NCBI RefSeq assembly: GCF_032062105.1
Contig: NW_026941129.1
Coordinates: 62,001 to 126,000 of the forward strand
From: Saccostrea cucullata
Taxonomy: Eukaryota
Direction: 5' to 3'
DNA: 64,000 nt
Shown here: piece after piece, positions 12,201 to 23,514 of the stretch
How positions within the stretch are numbered: position 1 is the stretch's first letter
Layout of the letters: each line of letters begins with the position of its first letter
Position numbers and translations under genes: made by a program
The notes under the pieces: model-generated
The model's database searches: none
What the model was told of the DNA's origin: nothing
The model's input: only the letters and a program-made list of their open reading frames with translations

Positions 12201-15200
12201 TTTATTTTTCTGTATTATGAAATATTTTTTAATAATTTCCAGTTTTTAAAGTTAAGTTTCTGTCAAAGAATTAACATGGATTATCTTATCAACATTGATA
12301 TTGCTCGATGGCAAATATTTCATTGGATTGAAACAGATGGATTTGCCTCCCGTCCATACTTTAAACACTGGCACATGGTACAAGATACACAAGTATGGTA
12401 ATAATAACCAACTTCATCAGTATATTTTGAATGAGGAAAAACGTACTTAGTGAAATATTATTTAAACAAAATGAGCTAATCTAAAAATAGGTTTGAAATT
12501 CAACTTTATTCGGTCCGTGTTATTCAAGGTCATTGGTCAAACATCCGTACACATGGTAGCCTATATTTAGATACTTAGTTCCCTTGGCCTATCTTTAGGG
12601 GGTTTAGAAATGGGAATATGCATAGTTATAATTCTTACAATATGGGGATGGGTTATTTTGTAACTTCGGGCTTGTTGTATTTATCAGTTTATCAGTCAAA
12701 ATATTTTGTGACATAAAAAACTTTTCCTTAAAACAGTGAATAAATAGAAAACATACAGATTGAAAATAAATTAAAGTTTGATAAAGCTATTGTATCATGT
12801 CTTTAGAAATGTTATTTACCCTGATTCACATAGGAACAGAACTCTAATTAAAGGATATAAATTTTCAATCAAGGCCATTCAACCTAAACAATGGTCCAAA
12901 GAGAGGCTTGGAAGGTATAGAATTGCAACAAAGGCAGTAATCAATTGTGAAATAAAATAATTTGAAGTAAAATAAAGAACAAATTGTGGTGCTTTTGAAT
13001 GTTAATTGTTATATTACAATTAATGCATTTTTATGTATATGAATTTAACATGAAATAAGATGTGTATTTGTTTATACATATTTACAGTTGTACATGTACA
13101 CATGCTATGACAAAACTCAAGGTAAGTAAATATGAATGATGACTAAATAGATTTTGAGTAATCAGTTGCACGGAAGCATTGCAATGAACAATTCAGGCTG
13201 TTAAAGCTGGGGGCATAGGTTCTATGCACCCAAGTTGAATTGTACATTGTCTGTCAAATCTACATATTAATAGTTATATTAGGACCAGCAGCATCCTCAT
13301 CTATTCGGATATCTCTTCTCTTAGGGGGCTTGAAAAGGGGGACAGCTTCAGACTCAACCAGAATAATAACAATGTGCATAGTAATTTAGGGCCTCAATGG
13401 TTCACTAGTTGATATAGATAGGATTTCCCGAATTTTATTTTAATTAAGTACATGTAGAGTCCTTGTATAGGGGACAAATTAAAACAAAATGAAATTCATC
13501 TTCTATGGTATTTTTACAAAATTCACAAATAGACAGGATTTCCCGAATTTTATTTTAATTAAGTACATGTAGATATCTATTGTCTAGCAAGTCTAGCTAT
13601 TATTTTGCTGGTTAATATATGTATATATAAGTCTTCAGATTAAGTAAGAGGGGGGTCAAAGGCTTGTTTCACATATATATTCTGTGTTGACATTTTGATT
13701 TGGTTCAAGTTATAAATAAAGGAAATAAATGAAGGTCAGGCTGTTTGAACATTCGGAAGCCGTCTTCAGTGTATATGAACATAATTATGAATTTTTCTAA
13801 CAGGGCCTGTACCTTATTTGAGCAGGTTTGTTGATATCATGATAACACAATAAAGACACATACATTTAATGCCTTCTCACCCCTTAACTGCATAAAGGCC
13901 TTGTATCTTATATAGTTGTGTTTAGTAAATGAAAAGTTTTGTACTATCTTAAGTTAACATGAAAATCAGGTAAACTTATTTTACTCAATTCATTATATAC
14001 ACTATTCCAAAAATGTCGATAATTCACACAGAGATAAATTTCAGCACGGGCTTTTATTTCCCGTCAATGTTCTTTAAGACTTATACAAGAAAAATCTTTA
14101 GGTATTTAAATATAATTCTACAAATAAAAGACTATTATAAATAAATAATAATAATTGATAGGCTAATCTTGTCAAAATTATTAGGAAATTAACATTTATT
14201 CCTTTGAGTTATCTTTCTCATCAGGGAAAGTGAACCTCAAAATAGGAAATGCAACTTCAAGTCCCTGAACTTTTACCAGTTTTAATCAAGTAATTCAGTT
14301 TCAGAAAGGGATGAGGGACAAATTACAGAGTTCTTTAGGTGCTAAAGTCAATGCAGACTCATTTGAATAAGGTTCGCAGTGCTGGTCTTTCTAATAGATG
14401 TATTTTCCTTATGGCATATGCTGTATGAATGGTCAAAATAATAAATAAATAAACAAATAAATAAAATAAAGAGGGTTTATAATGAAACTTCCAGTATAAG
14501 GTTTAAAATAGGGCTTAAATTTTTGTCAGTGTTGGCTTTTGCTGTGTCTCTAAGTTATTAGATAAAAAAGGATTTGCTATTTTCACACAGATAAAACTTG
14601 CTTCAGTTAAAATTCTATATTCACAGATTTTAAACTCAAAAAGGATAAATTGTTTAGGTAACTTGCTTTATTCATGTGGAGTTATAAGATTTAAAAATAA
14701 ATAAATAAATAAATAAGATGAAAGAACCGCATAAGGCGAGATTTCCTAACAGCATAGATATACAAATTCGGGGATGGGGGGGGGGGGGGGTGTTAGATAC
14801 ATTTTATACCACAGGCTAGATTATAATCTGACCCATTTCCTACAATATTTTCTTTTTTATAGTAGGCGCTTACTGTTAGCTTACACATTTGCATATTTTA
14901 GGGGCATTTCTTCATTGAAAATATCAGTTCAAACCCAGTTGCCATTCGCAGGTATTAATATGGTATGTGTTTATCCCTCATCTCATGTGAGCAGTTAGCA
15001 GAATTATTTTCTGTTTACACATTTATCTTGTATGGGATCAAGATGCATTAGTCGGTGCATAATTGCATATGTACATGTAAATTACATCCATGCATCAGCT
15101 AATGGGTACAAATACAGGTTACTCCTACATGTATAAGAGCCCCAGTTAACGGCCCTATGCTCCTTATGTACCTCGGAGCCAAGTCAAAAGTATCTCGTTG

Positions 15201-18200
15201 TGAACCTCTAGCATGCTGGAGTAAAATATAGGTTAGCTAGGGGATATAAATACAAATCCACAAGTGAGTAGGAGTTAACTTTTCATAGTGCTAAGATTAA
15301 ATAAACTTCGACAGCATTTTAGGGTATTATAGAAAGGATAGGTTTACACTAATTTAGCATATTAATTTTCATGCTCTCTATCATAAAGCTATTTTTTACA
15401 GCCTTAAAAATAATTTTGAAGTTTATAATTTTAATAACCCATTCCACAGCATATTTTTGCAGGAGGAAAGGGGGAGGGGTCCCTCCCCAAAATTCCCAAC
15501 GTAGGAAGCTTAAGGTGTAGTACGATCATGCCTATTTGATAGAGTATTAGCTGGAAAGGGATTTAGAATGAAGGTTTTAGTCATATGTGCCTTACATGTC
15601 TGGTGCAGTCCATCCACATTAACAAATGCTTAGGGGTAAATACAAAGTACATGTACCCTATTGTGTTTCTTGGCTTCAAAGGTAAATAGTATATACAAGA
15701 TTTAATCAATTTTACATGGTCTTCGGAAGAGCTTGGATTAAAAAATAAAGTAGTACTTAGATAAGCTCATTTCTACAGAACTGGCAAGATACGTTACAAA
15801 ATATCACAAAATATGTTCTGCACTTGACAGAGTTGGAATATGAACACTTAAAATTATTCTACAATACAGGAACAACTTAATCATCCTTAAGGGGGGGGGG
15901 GGGGGGGGGGGTAGAGAGTATAGGTGCTCATCTCATTCATCTTGTTTGTAATCTTTGCAGGAAAGTATATTACAAATTTTTCTTTCAAATTACCTAAAAA
16001 TGAATAAGAAATAAAATTCAAATGAATAAACCAATAAATAAAAAAGGAGGGATAAATCTAGTTAAGACATATTTTCACTTTATATTCTTACATTAGTCCA
16101 GTTAGTTCTTTCTTTCTGACTGAGTAAAATAGCTGGATATTAATAATAGAAATAGAGACCCAAAGCAATACAACTTCGAAAGATATAAAATCAGGGAAAA
16201 GGGGGGGGGGGGGGTAAGGCACGGTAAATTTGAAGGGTAACCAGATTTATTTTAATGCAGCATAAATCTACAGTGGGTTGGATATGAGAGAGAGTGATGT
16301 TCACGACGGATGGGTTGCTGAGGGTTTTGAGTAGGCTAGGAGTCCATGGTGGGTGATTAAATTGAAGTTGCCTACCCCCACCAGGTGGCGGTGGGCACCT
16401 ACGGTGCCCATGTGGCGAAATCGTCACCTTCAATTTAACCATTGAACTGTTGATTTTGTTGACTTTTTGGGGTTGATGTTGATATAAGTGATGATTGATG
16501 TTGATATATGTGATGTTGACTTTGAAAATTATATCTTATATAATGTAAATCTAAAGCAAAATAATATAATTAAAAGACAATTTGTGTTGAAATGTGTCCG
16601 TAGCACGAATGAGGTCAACCCAGCGTGCTACTTTTCCCGTCAGGGAGGGCACAACTTATGTTGATGTTGGGGGTATGCCATTTTGCCGGCTGCCCCACTG
16701 TTGTGTAGACCACTGTGGACAATACCTGCCAACTCGAATAAAACATTAAACTTAAATACTTAGCATTTGTTTATTATATATAGGTCTTTGATAATACCGC
16801 ATATTTGAGTTCATCTCATAATATGCGTCGTTATCTAAGCTCTATATATCCTTTGATTATATGTCATCATTCACCTCCTTTTTGTGAAAAATTAATAAAT
16901 GAGATAAGCCGGAATTTATTTATCCATCCATGCAGTGTCAGTACGTAGTTACTAGGTTTACGGGTTATCTCCCCTTTTCTATGCATCAATGAAAGTGAAA
17001 GGTGGGTGATGAAAGTATCCGATTTATTTTTCTGTATTATGAAATACCCTCCCACCTCAACCCTTGAGCTAGGTGTTAAGTATTACTCTTTCTCCTTTTG
17101 TTTGTTTAATTTACGTATACATTGTTTTTCATGGGTTAGGTATAGCCAATTTATTAAAGTTATGGAAATTTTATTGAGAATCTTTTTCTGCTGTGTGGTT
17201 TTGTTTTTGTCTTTTCAGGTATTAAGAGATTTCGTTGAAGGAGACTGACGGTGCTGATCAGGATTGCCCGCTATTTCCGTTTTCTAGGACCTTTGGAATG
17301 ATCTCTGACCAAATACCATGCGTGACAGGTGTCAACTTGGCGATTTATCCATGATTTCAAGGAGCTCGGGGAAAGACAGTAGACTATACTTCACAGTGGT
17401 CGTATTGGCGAAATCGTCACCTTCAATTTAACCATTGAACTGTTGATTTTGTTGACTTTTTGTGGTTGATGTTGATATAAGTGATGATTGATGTTGATAT
17501 ATGTGATGTTGACTTTGAAAATTATATCTTATATAATGTAAATCTAAAGCAAAATAATATAATTAAAAGACAATTTGTGTTGAAATGTGTCCGTAGCACG
17601 AATGAGGTCAACCCAGCGTGCTACTTTTCCCGTCAGGGAGGGCACAACTTATGTTGATGTTGGGGGTATGCCATTTTGCCGGCTGCCCCACTGTTGTGTA
17701 GACCACTGTGGACAATACCTGCCAACTCGAATAAAACATTAAACTTAAATACTTAGCATTTGTTTATTATATATAGGTCTTTGATAAGAAAGGCATTTGG
17801 GGCATGACCCCTCCCACCCCCTTTCCATTTGTTTTCTTTTTAAATCTGAGGTGGGCACACCTTTTTCCAATTTTGGTAGTTTAATAAGCATTACTTTATA
17901 TCGATTATGTAACCCTTTTGATACCAGGTAGATTTAAAAAGGAAAAAAATAAAAGGCGTGGGGGGGGGGGGGTTACAGCCCCCAAAGTGCCCTGTCAACA
18001 TCTCTAAAATTGATGAAGCGTCCAACATACATATTTTTTAATAATCTTTTTTTCTTTGTACGATCATTTGTTTTAAATTGAATTTGTTTATTTATCAATT
18101 ATAATTATTAATGTAATTTACACTTATTCTGTCCTTACCACTCTATACTGCTGACATGTGCCCCCGCTGCCCGAATCTGTAAAAGTAGGATCCCATCCCT

Positions 18201-18471
18201 TCACAAATCTACAATACTCCGCTCCGCCGGATTCACAAACCTCTACCGCCTGACATTCCAGATTTCCTAAACATCTACCAGAACAATGGCCGATCACGGA
18301 GCCGGGAAATGTCGTTATAGTCTCGTAGGTACGAGTGTTGAACGCCTCCGGTACATCTTTGTCATATAACAGAGATGTACAATCCTCGGCCTTACAGCTC
18401 AATAGAACACTAAGAAGAAATAGTGGAAATAAAATCTTAATATTAAGTGCCCTCATTTTAGACGTGGGCAA
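9272..18471 (-). CDS. Secreted PAN/apple-like + MAM domain protein (partial)
   Basis: Exon ~18139-18471: signal peptide plus PAN-like Cys pattern (CSGRCLGNLECQAVEVC...YCRF). Exon ~10527-10612: DLCDFEIAPEPSCFL...DDIFNWMR (MAM start). Exon ~9273-9404: GPTGSVNTGPDGAKAGTYYKYIETSSPR...AKLVS (MAM). The exon1-exon2 phase link and 3' exons are not resolved. Confidence 0.65.
9581..10030 (+). mobile_element. HINE/Helentron-like non-autonomous element
   Basis: Starts aacaagatgtgtttgtgaaacac, has ggtcaaggtca core repeats, a (GACA)n/(GACG) tract and terminal hairpin cccggatctatcgatacggg. A related fragment lies at ~8975-9200. Confidence 0.65.
10680..11257 (-). mobile_element. Nested SINEs: inner copy 10921-11187 inside an older related copy
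   Basis: Two homologous bodies (acgtcaccattgccggtgaagggctgcaaattt.../acgtcagcactcgccgatggaaagctacaaattt...). The inner copy has a (GATT)n tail and is flanked by acgtaaagatt (10910-10920) and acgtaaggatt (11188-11198). Confidence 0.7.
11972..17787. mobile_element. Non-coding element with split direct repeats A1...B1-A2-unique-B2 (non-autonomous PAT/Ngaro-like tyrosine-recombinase retroelement candidate)
   Basis: A1 11977-12224 matches A2 16799-17046 (248 bp, identical by eye). B1 16413-16794 matches B2 17406-17787 (382 bp, one substitution seen). B1 and A2 are joined by TACC. No long ORFs. Confidence 0.6.
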
Positions 18472-19115
18472 ATGCGTTAGTCCTTTAGGTCTGATGAATT
18501 AAGAAAATGCTGTGAAAGAAGAACGTGATAATGGTCCAATTCCAAAATATACTTTACTTGCAATTGACTTTGGAACTTGTTAATTAAATACATTTTAAAG
18601 AAGTTAATTTTAATCGATAAAGAACTTCGTGCATTTATTGAATTTAGTTGCACATTGACAATGAACAATGGCAACCTAATTCCTGGCCTGAATGAATAAC
18701 AAAAATACATGGTTTCTGTATCGATTTCATGTTCATTCGGTGCGAACTGCGGTCTGTTAATTTTCTAAAAATACAGTTGAGTTGAAACTATATCATTTAC
18801 TTTGTATAGTTTTGTTGAGAAATTTGCTATTATCAAAATACTTTTTTTCTTAAAAATTGACCTAAATATCGAGAGAGAAAAAAGACCTAAGCACCATAGC
18901 CCTAATAATTTTTTTCTGCTCTTTAAAAAATAAGGAATAAATGTATCACACACTGTTGCTATTGTATATACGCTAGAATTATATTAAAAACTTTATGTAC
19001 CCTTTAATTATTAATTAAACAAATTAATTCAATCTGCTTACAATCTGCTTGAATGTTATTAATGAAATTTTTTCATTCCTTACAAAAATTCACCCAAATC
19101 CATTGCTGGAGAATT

Positions 19116-19205
19116 AAACAGTAGCGTAATGGTTTTATTTATTTATTTATTTATTTTTGACCACATGGTCAAAGACTAAAATATAAAACCATAACGCTAC
19201 AGTTT
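19116..19205. repeat. Short palindromic MITE-like hairpin
   Basis: aaacagtagcgtaatggttttat...tttgacca|ca|tggtcaaa...ataaaaccataacgctacagttt; one arm recurs at ~113-148. Confidence 0.65.
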
Positions 19206-19952
19206 TTGCAAATATTTAGCCCCCTGCAGTCAATTTATTTTGATCGAAGACTAATAAATTGATATTGATTTTAAACTTTCTTTCGCTGAACATGACATTG
19301 GTACATTGATATTTTGGCTCCTTTAAATACTAATTTTCTTGGTGAGATATTTCCTTCTGCGAAACTCGACAATACATGTGTATATAGTATTTAAACAAGG
19401 TGTTGAAACAGACAAAAGCCAAATCCAATCGAATTTTTTTCCCTTTATTATTACACTGATCTATAAATCTGCATTTATCTTGACAACACTTCTGTAGTGA
19501 AGTAATATTGATAAATGTGAAATCATTTTTGTCTACTTGTCTACATCAACATTTTTTGTACAGCTTGTATTTGGAAAGGCCCTCTATATATAGGCCATGC
19601 CTGATGTCCAATCCAATTATGTTAAATCGACGTCATATAAATAAAATACTTACATATTTTGACTTAAGCTTAAGATGCTTAAAGCCATGTTAGCTATAAC
19701 TCACGGTGCCAAAAATAAAATTGGGGAAAAGACAGATAATTACGAGAATAGCTTTTCTTTTCTATTGTAACAATTAATTTTCGTGAAAATTCGCCTCCAA
19801 AACCATTAAATCAGTAATAAAATGTAAGATCTGAAATACTGGCTGCCAGCCACTAATTCCTAAGTCGTTATCTCGATATTCAGTGACCCCTGGGGTCACT
19901 ACTTCGGAATGCTCTAATTGCGCATGTGCCAATCTTGTAAACAATCATCACA

Positions 19953-22900
19953 ATGTCGGGAAAGCGTGGTCCGAAAGTAAAATTGACCGATTCAGAGAGA
20001 AAAAGACGCAAAAAGGAGAGAAATGCAACCGTGAACAAATGCAGAATATCAATTGGGGATCAGATTGAGCGATGGGATGAATTAAAAAACCAATTAGCCA
20101 TTGAGAATAATGCTGAAATGGCGAAAGTATTACTGGACTGGTAGGTGTATTTCTACGCTTTTTTTTACACAGATTATTGAATCATTTTATATTACTTTGA
20201 TGATTAAGAGTAATAAATATGAAAACAAAAGAATGTTTCATTCATCAGAATATTAGAGATTACTGTTATCTTGTATATCTTGTGGTGTAAACAGTTAGGT
20301 TTCGTCCTGTTCACAAGGGGACCCCAAGAAGGGAAATTCTACGAAATATCAAAATAGTTAAAAAAAACAAACAGATAAATTAATCTATGTACTTATTGTG
20401 AATAAAAATACTTTATTAAATGCATAAATCCCATAATTTTGTAATTATAATATTTAATTTAGATATTTTAATATTGTTTTATAAAGTTATGCTGAGAAAA
20501 ACTCTCGTAATCAGACTACGTTGAAGACTAATGTCGTAAATAATAGAGGGAAATTTGTTCCACATGGCACTTCAACACCTGCTCCATTTAAAATCGCCAG
20601 GAGAGATTCAGAATCTGAAATTTCGATTATATCAACAGATGAATTTAAGAAAAGGTGTGTACAATAAAATTGAAATTTTCTTCATTGATGCACAAAAGAT
20701 ATTTATTTTGCAAATATGATTTTAAAATCTTCAAATATGAGAACAATTAATATTTTTAGAGAGGAGAGTGAAATTTCTGGAATTGAGGACATTGATTCTG
20801 TTGGTGCCACAAGTAGCAGTAGGAAAATTTCGTGTCATCCATTTTCAAGCAGTTTCTTGGATCCTTTTGAGTGAGTGAAATTGAATGAGGCATATGAAAT
20901 TATATTTTTCAATAAATTAAAATGAACCTGCATTGCATATCATTTTTTTTCAGTCTCACTGTGTATTCATCTGAGGTGCAAGATGACATAGAGGATGCAG
21001 TGGATGATGACTATGAACCAAGTTTTCATCTTTCACTGAGGTACGTGAGTCTGACACTTTCCCAATACAGATAATTGATTAAAAATATTTTTAAAAATTC
21101 AGATTTTTTTTTTTGGCAAAAATTATTAATGCAATGGTTTTCATTCAATGTTATAATGACTTGCTATATCTCTAGACTGGATCATGGCATTCTGCCCAGT
21201 GAATCCGAGGATGAGGAAGATGAAGAAAACGTTCAAGAGACTGAACAAGAAGTAGAACTCGGTCCAAACATTAAGAGACTGAGAACAAATGATGAAATCG
21301 GGACACTACTTGAGGATCACCCGGTCTTTGTAAATACTCAGCAATTAATGGAACTTGCAAGGACAACAGTGCCCCCCACTTGCAAGGTGAAAGGATGTGG
21401 CGAGATTGTTCAAATGAATCTGCAAACAGTATCCTCTGCAGTCTACCTTAAGTGGGTCAGTATGAAGGATGGAATTTCATTTTTTTTTCAGTTGTTAATG
21501 AAATTTCAAGTATTAAATTTTTATTAAAGTTTTTTTTTGTAAAATATTTTAAAAATTATTTTTTTACATGGCTGTATTCAGGTTTGTGGGAAAGGGCATA
21601 CTGCAAACAAATGGAGTTCACAGCCCCTTTTGAACAGAGGCCTGCATAGCACAGATGTTTTGATATCAGCTGCCTTAATAGCTTCTGGAAACAACTTCCA
21701 AAAAATGGCAATGTTTGCAAAGTTTCTGAAGATTCCTTTCCCTTCACAATCATCATTTTGCAAGATTCAACGGACTTATGTATTGCAAAGCATTGACCAG
21801 ATATGGGAAATTCATCAAAATGAAATCATGAATGAATTTCAAGGGAAGAATCTGGTGATTTTAGGTATACAACAAGCATATTTAGTACACTTATGTGTTC
21901 ATCTAACATGAATGGTATAGTAACATATTGATAAAACCTTTAATATAACCTTAATCTTGTTATAGGGGATGGGCGCATGGATAGTCCAGGCCACTCAGCC
22001 CAGTTCTGCACCTACACATTTATGGAAAACACCACTCACAAAATTCTCCATATTGTTGTCATGGATAAACGCATGACAGGGGGGAAGAGCGCAGTACTGG
22101 AGAAAGCCTGTTTTCAGAGAGGATTACAATTTCTTCTTGACAAAGGCCTAATAATTTCAGAGATTGTTACAGATGCCCATGTTCAAGTCGAAGCACTGAT
22201 GAGTAAGTTGATATCTTTTATCCATGATTGATTACAAACTTTAGTTAAGAAATTAAATTAAAATGATAAAGACATTTTACATGTTTTTTACAGAGAGAGA
22301 ATATCCACATATCAAACATTCTTTTGATATTTGGCATGGCTGTAAAAATCTGGGAAAGAAAATCATTCAGGTAAGCAAACCATTTAATACATATACCTAT
22401 GATAAAATAGAGAAAGTTTTGTTTGTTTCACTGTTTAAATCATGTTTAATATTTCTTCAAAGGCAGGGCAAGAGAAATCAAAACGCCCCTTACTACAGTG
22501 GACAAGAGAAATTGTCAACCACTTTTGGTTTTGTGCAGACACAGCAGAGACAGAGGATGAATTTATTGTAAGTATGGATTGAAAATTACATGAGATATTT
22601 TAATCCAAATAAATATTTTAAATAAGAAATTTGCAAAAGAGATTTTTTTTAATTTGTAGGGTATGTGGTTGGGTGTTATTCACCATGTTGTAAATCAACA
22701 TGAGTGGATATTACCATATCGCATTGGTTCCAAAAGTTCGTGCATGCATGGACCACTGACAGAAGAACGCGAAAAGGGGTGGTTAGAGGCTGGATCACCA
22801 GCCCATGTTGCTGTAAGGGACATAGCAAAAGATAAAAGACTCCTGAAAAAAATTCCATATTATTTGAATTGCAGGTTTGTTTGTTTTTAACTTTATTTAT

Positions 22901-23502
22901 GTTTGTGTGCCTTACAAATTGCATACCTATTATCTTTTGAATATGTTATTATTTTTACATAGGAGTACAGTTGTCTTAGAGAATTTTCAGAACCTTATTC
23001 TGAAATATTCCTCTAAAAGACATTCCTACACACCACCAGTGTACAAGGGAAGAAACATTATAGCAGCTCTGGATCACAACTGTAACTGTAACAGAGACAC
23101 CTTAAAGAATAAAGATGGATCCTTGAGGTATTTATCTCCATTTATTGTTATCAGTGTTTGTTATCATAGTAATTATTTATTACATCACAAAGTAAAAAGT
23201 TTTCTATAAATATAATTGTTTTAATAAAATATTGTAGACACCAGAGGTACTACAGTAAGAAGAGTGGGAGATGGGCAACTTATGAGGTCAAAAAGTCCAA
23301 AAGCTACCCATATACAGAGGACCTCATGAGGAAATGCCTGGAGAATAGACTGTTGGATGGGATTGGTATGAACAGACCAGTTATTCTCGAGGCTGATGAC
23401 CCTAGGAGAATCTCTTCAGTTCTGGCACCAATCCCACCACCACCAACATCTCAGCTTGTAGCCGAGAAAAAATCCAGATTCACTGAGAAAATTGGTGATT
23501 AG
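19953..23502 (+). CDS. Kolobok DDE transposase, 12 exons, ~726 aa
   Basis: Exons 19953-20140, 20487-20654, 20760-20870, 20954-21040, 21176-21455, 21582-21864, 21966-22202, 22294-22370, 22463-22567, 22660-22874, 22963-23127, 23238-23502; all GT-AG, phase-consistent, 2181 nt. Motifs CKVKGC...WVCGKGH..WSSQP, GDGRMDSPGHSAQFCTY, VTDAH, HSFDIWH, HVVNQHEW, LENF, AALDHN. Confidence 0.88.
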
Positions 23503-23514
23503 CATATATTCCCC

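Noticed and set aside
11977-17046. A1/A2 as LTRs of an LTR retrotransposon
   Set aside because: No TG...CA termini, PBS or TSD seen, and this reading ignores the interleaved B repeats.
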